10,766 bases of DNA from the NCBI RefSeq assembly GCF_006345805.1, contig NW_021827304.1:1-10766 (forward strand). Direction: 5' to 3'. Of this stretch, positions 8,427 through 10,766 are shown in pieces; position 1 is the stretch's first letter, and every line of letters begins with the position of its first letter. Both the position numbers and the translations under genes were made by a program. Source of the DNA: Octopus sinensis. Lineage: Eukaryota. Below the pieces are notes generated by a model, which saw nothing but the letters and a program-made list of their open reading frames with translations, was not told the DNA's origin and searched no databases.

Positions 8427-8430
8427 TAAA

Positions 8431-8805
8431 GCGGTGAGCTGGCAGAAACGTTAGTACGGCGGACGAAATACTTAGCGGTATTTCATCTGCCGCTACGTTC
8501 TGGGTTCAAATTCCGCCGAGGTCGACTTAGCCTTTCATCCTTTCGGGGTTGATTAAATAAGTACCAGTTACGCACTGGGGTCGATATAATCGACTTAATC
8601 CGTTTGTCTGTCCTTGTTTGTTCCCCCTGTGCTTAGCTCTTTCTGGGTAGTAAAGAAATCGGTATTTCGTCAGTCTTTATGTTCTGAGTTCAAATTCCGC
8701 CGAGGTCGACCTTGCCTTTCATCCTTTCGGGGTCGATTAAATAAGTACCAGTTACGCACTGGAGTCGATGTAATCGACTTAATCCGTCTGTCTGTCCTTG
8801 TTTGT
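8431..8805 (+). mobile_element. tRNA-derived octopus SINE with an internal tandem duplication (full monomer 8431-8659 plus 5'-truncated monomer 8660-8805)
   Basis: A-box-like TGGCAGAAACG at 8440-8450 and B-box-like GGTTCAAATTCC at 8503-8514. 8476-8621 vs 8660-8805 is 133/146 identical without gaps. Followed by an (AAT)n tail. Confidence 0.92.
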
Positions 8806-8842
8806 AATAATAATAATAATATAATAATAATAATAGTAATAA
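8806..8842. repeat. (AAT)n microsatellite, probable SINE tail
   Basis: Begins immediately after the second monomer. Confidence 0.88.
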
Positions 8843-9083
8843 GCAACAGTAAGAGAAATAAAGCAAATGGTGATTAATTACGATGAGAAATAAACAAGGC
8901 TACTTATCAAAAGTGTTGATTGTTACAGAACCGAGTTCATAAATCCCCAACGTATTACTTATAATAAAAATAAAACAACATCGCCGTGAAATCATAAATT
9001 GCATTTGTTGTTACGTAATACATCTGAGCAGAATTGTATGTTTGGTTTGTAGTTCCAACGTTTAAACATCTTCAATTACATGG

Positions 9084-9121
9084 TTTCTTTCCTTCTTTCT
9101 TTCTTTCTTTCTATCTTTCTC
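9084..9121. repeat. (TTTC)n microsatellite
   Basis: Tandem units read directly. Confidence 0.85.
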
Positions 9122-9267
9122 TGGTATATGTGAGATTATCTTTGAATTGCCAGCATCAAGAGTTTAAATGAAGTGGACTGGGGGGGCCGCCGCGTTGTCC
9201 AAGAATGCTTCATTCAGTGACAGAGTGGAATTGCTTCAACTGATGTTTTTAATCAGGCTCTTCAGGA

Positions 9268-9400
9268 AGAGAGGGAGAGAGAGAGAGAGAGGATGAAATA
9301 CACACACATACATAAACACACACACAAACATATACACACACGTATACACACGCATACAAATACGCACACACACACACGTATATACGTGTATGTGTTTGTG
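9268..9400. repeat. (GA)n followed by degenerate (CA)n/(TA)n/(TG)n
   Basis: Tandem units read directly. Confidence 0.85.
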
Positions 9401-10416
9401 CTTGTCTTTCACTCTTCTCATCTATTTATCTTTTTCTTTATGTTATTAAATAACGAACTACAGGGTAAGATAGAAATTGCATGGACTAACCTGTGTGCCA
9501 CACCTAGATGGGAGCAGCTGGTTGCTATACGAATAATATAAACTGTATTTTCGTAAAATTTAATTACGCAGCGTTTACAACATATTTCAATAAATTTCGG
9601 CCGAAATACTCCGCCATCCTCCCGCCTGCCACCAACATCTTTCACCACGTTATCAACTTTCAACATGTCAGAATTAACTGTAAACTAAATACAGACGAAG
9701 ATAATTAACACTGAATGGTGTTGGCGGTGTGTGTAACCAATGACGCAAAAAACCACTTACGAAATGCATCATACGTTCATCTGCTCATCTTCATGCACAA
9801 AACACGTGATATTTCCATGTATTCATGTACGGAGACGCTTTGTGTTTTCATATCTAAAATACCACATGTAAGAAAAAAAAAAAATGAAAATAACAACTAG
9901 AAACAGTTCCTGTTACAGTTTTAAAATTCTATAAATGTCTTTCAGTCCACAGCAAATGCATTACGTCGGAAATAAATTATGTTAACCTGTTGGAAATTCG
10001 AAATCCTTTAATAAAATGTGCTAGGAGTGTCTACGAAATTTTTCCTATTTCGATCTTTTGCTGAAAATGCTAAAAGAATGTTATGTTTCTCTGAATGACA
10101 GAGGTCGTATCTTCCGGAGCCACCAGTGAAGTAAGAGACTTGGTGTTTGTAATAATCCAATCTACCTGATAATCCTAAATGTTGTTATAATTTAAACTCT
10201 CGATATGTTTGAATAGTGAAGTGGCAAGGTGTCTTTCTTAGTGTTTATATAAAATGTTTATATAAAAATGTTCTAAATGTTTATATAAAAATACACTCAG
10301 ACAATAGAAAACATGTCATTACTTTATTAACTATATACATTTGGAATATTTGACAATATTAATAATTGTTTATTAAATAGATCGATCCCTATTAGAGTAT
10401 ACATCTCCTAACTAAG

Positions 10417-10436
10417 ATATATATATAATAATATAT

Positions 10437-10492
<56 letters not shown>

Positions 10493-10497
10493 TATAT
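10417..10497. repeat. (TA)n microsatellite
   Basis: Tandem units; abuts the 3' end of the minus-strand hammerhead element. Confidence 0.95.
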
Positions 10498-10766
10498 GAA
10501 AAAACAAGTCAAAAATAGAAAATGCTAAAATAATTTTATAGTGAACATTTCAGTACCGGTTCGGTCATTTTGAGACCTTTTCAACTGTAACGATTAAATA
10601 ATTAAATTTAGAAAAATTAGAAGAAAAGTTTTTTTAAAAGAATATTTCTATAGTAGTGTTCAGATTTAAGTGGCATTCTGCCTTTCTCTGACTCTCTTGT
10701 TTGCACTTGAGTGTTGGAGGTCGTTGTGAGTTCTTGGTAGGGTAGTAGAGGAAGAAGGCTGGTGAG
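10498..10766 (-). mobile_element. Putative 3' end / pseudo-LTR of a Penelope-like element, continuing beyond the window
   Basis: On the minus strand: a more GC-balanced segment (frames open from the window edge to stops at 10666 or 10617), an AT-rich UTR-like stretch, the hammerhead, a tail of about 55 nt and (TA)n. No protein homology recognised. Confidence 0.5.
10546..10592 (-). ncRNA. Minimal type-I hammerhead ribozyme motif, U3-A8 variant core, one A short in GAAA (candidate, possibly inactivated copy)
   Basis: The minus strand reads CGUUACAG-UUGAAAA-GGUC-UCAAAAU-GACC-GA-ACCGGU-A-CUGAAAUG. Helix I has 7 of 8 positions paired, helix II is GGUC/GACC, the palindrome ACCGGU is at 10555-10560, and the GUA triplet predicts cleavage between 10554 and 10553. 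Confidence 0.62.

Noticed and set aside
9225-9270. Minus-strand CTGAAGA with a CTGAT/ATCAG stem as a hammerhead
   Set aside because: Followed by GAAG rather than GAAA; no helix III, cleavage triplet or helix I pairing.
9418-9666. RR...CCKRC in the minus ORF as an insulin-like A chain
   Set aside because: The spacing is CC-X2-C rather than CC-X3-C-X8-C, and the final cysteine is missing.
84-9900. ORF-track entries as protein-coding genes
   Set aside because: Most translate microsatellites (YI, MYVC, HTYI, YLSI, SL repeats) or SINE sequence; the rest are short, with no recognisable domain or consistent exon structure.
10307-10317. GAAAACATGTC (palindrome plus GUC) as the 3' half of a hammerhead
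   Set aside because: No 5' core or helix II upstream.
1-10766. CRISPR array or prokaryotic system
   Set aside because: No regularly spaced repeats with unique spacers; the content is clearly eukaryotic repeat DNA.

Overview
Non-coding, AT-rich, microsatellite-dense eukaryotic DNA, probably intronic or intergenic octopus (coleoid cephalopod) sequence; the taxon is inferred from my recollection of the SINE families, not from a search. No protein-coding gene is supported, and most ORF-track entries are translations of simple repeats. Two related tRNA(Arg)-like SINEs lie head-to-head at 1587-1842 (-) and 2143-2384 (+). Four same-strand monomers of another tRNA-derived SINE lie at about 7820-8805, including an internally duplicated copy. 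A 137-bp TA-flanked foldback (MITE-like) element lies at 8290-8426. The main unexpected signal is two unrelated minimal type-I hammerhead ribozyme motifs, each followed by a short tail that runs into a (TA)n array. One is at 4925-5024 (+), with an intact CUGAAGA/GAAA/GUA core and a palindromic helix III. The other is at 10546-10592 (-), with a U3-A8 compensatory core variant, a palindromic helix III and one A missing in this copy. This architecture matches Penelope-like retroelement ends or retrozyme-like elements. All structures were paired by eye, and no activity is demonstrated.
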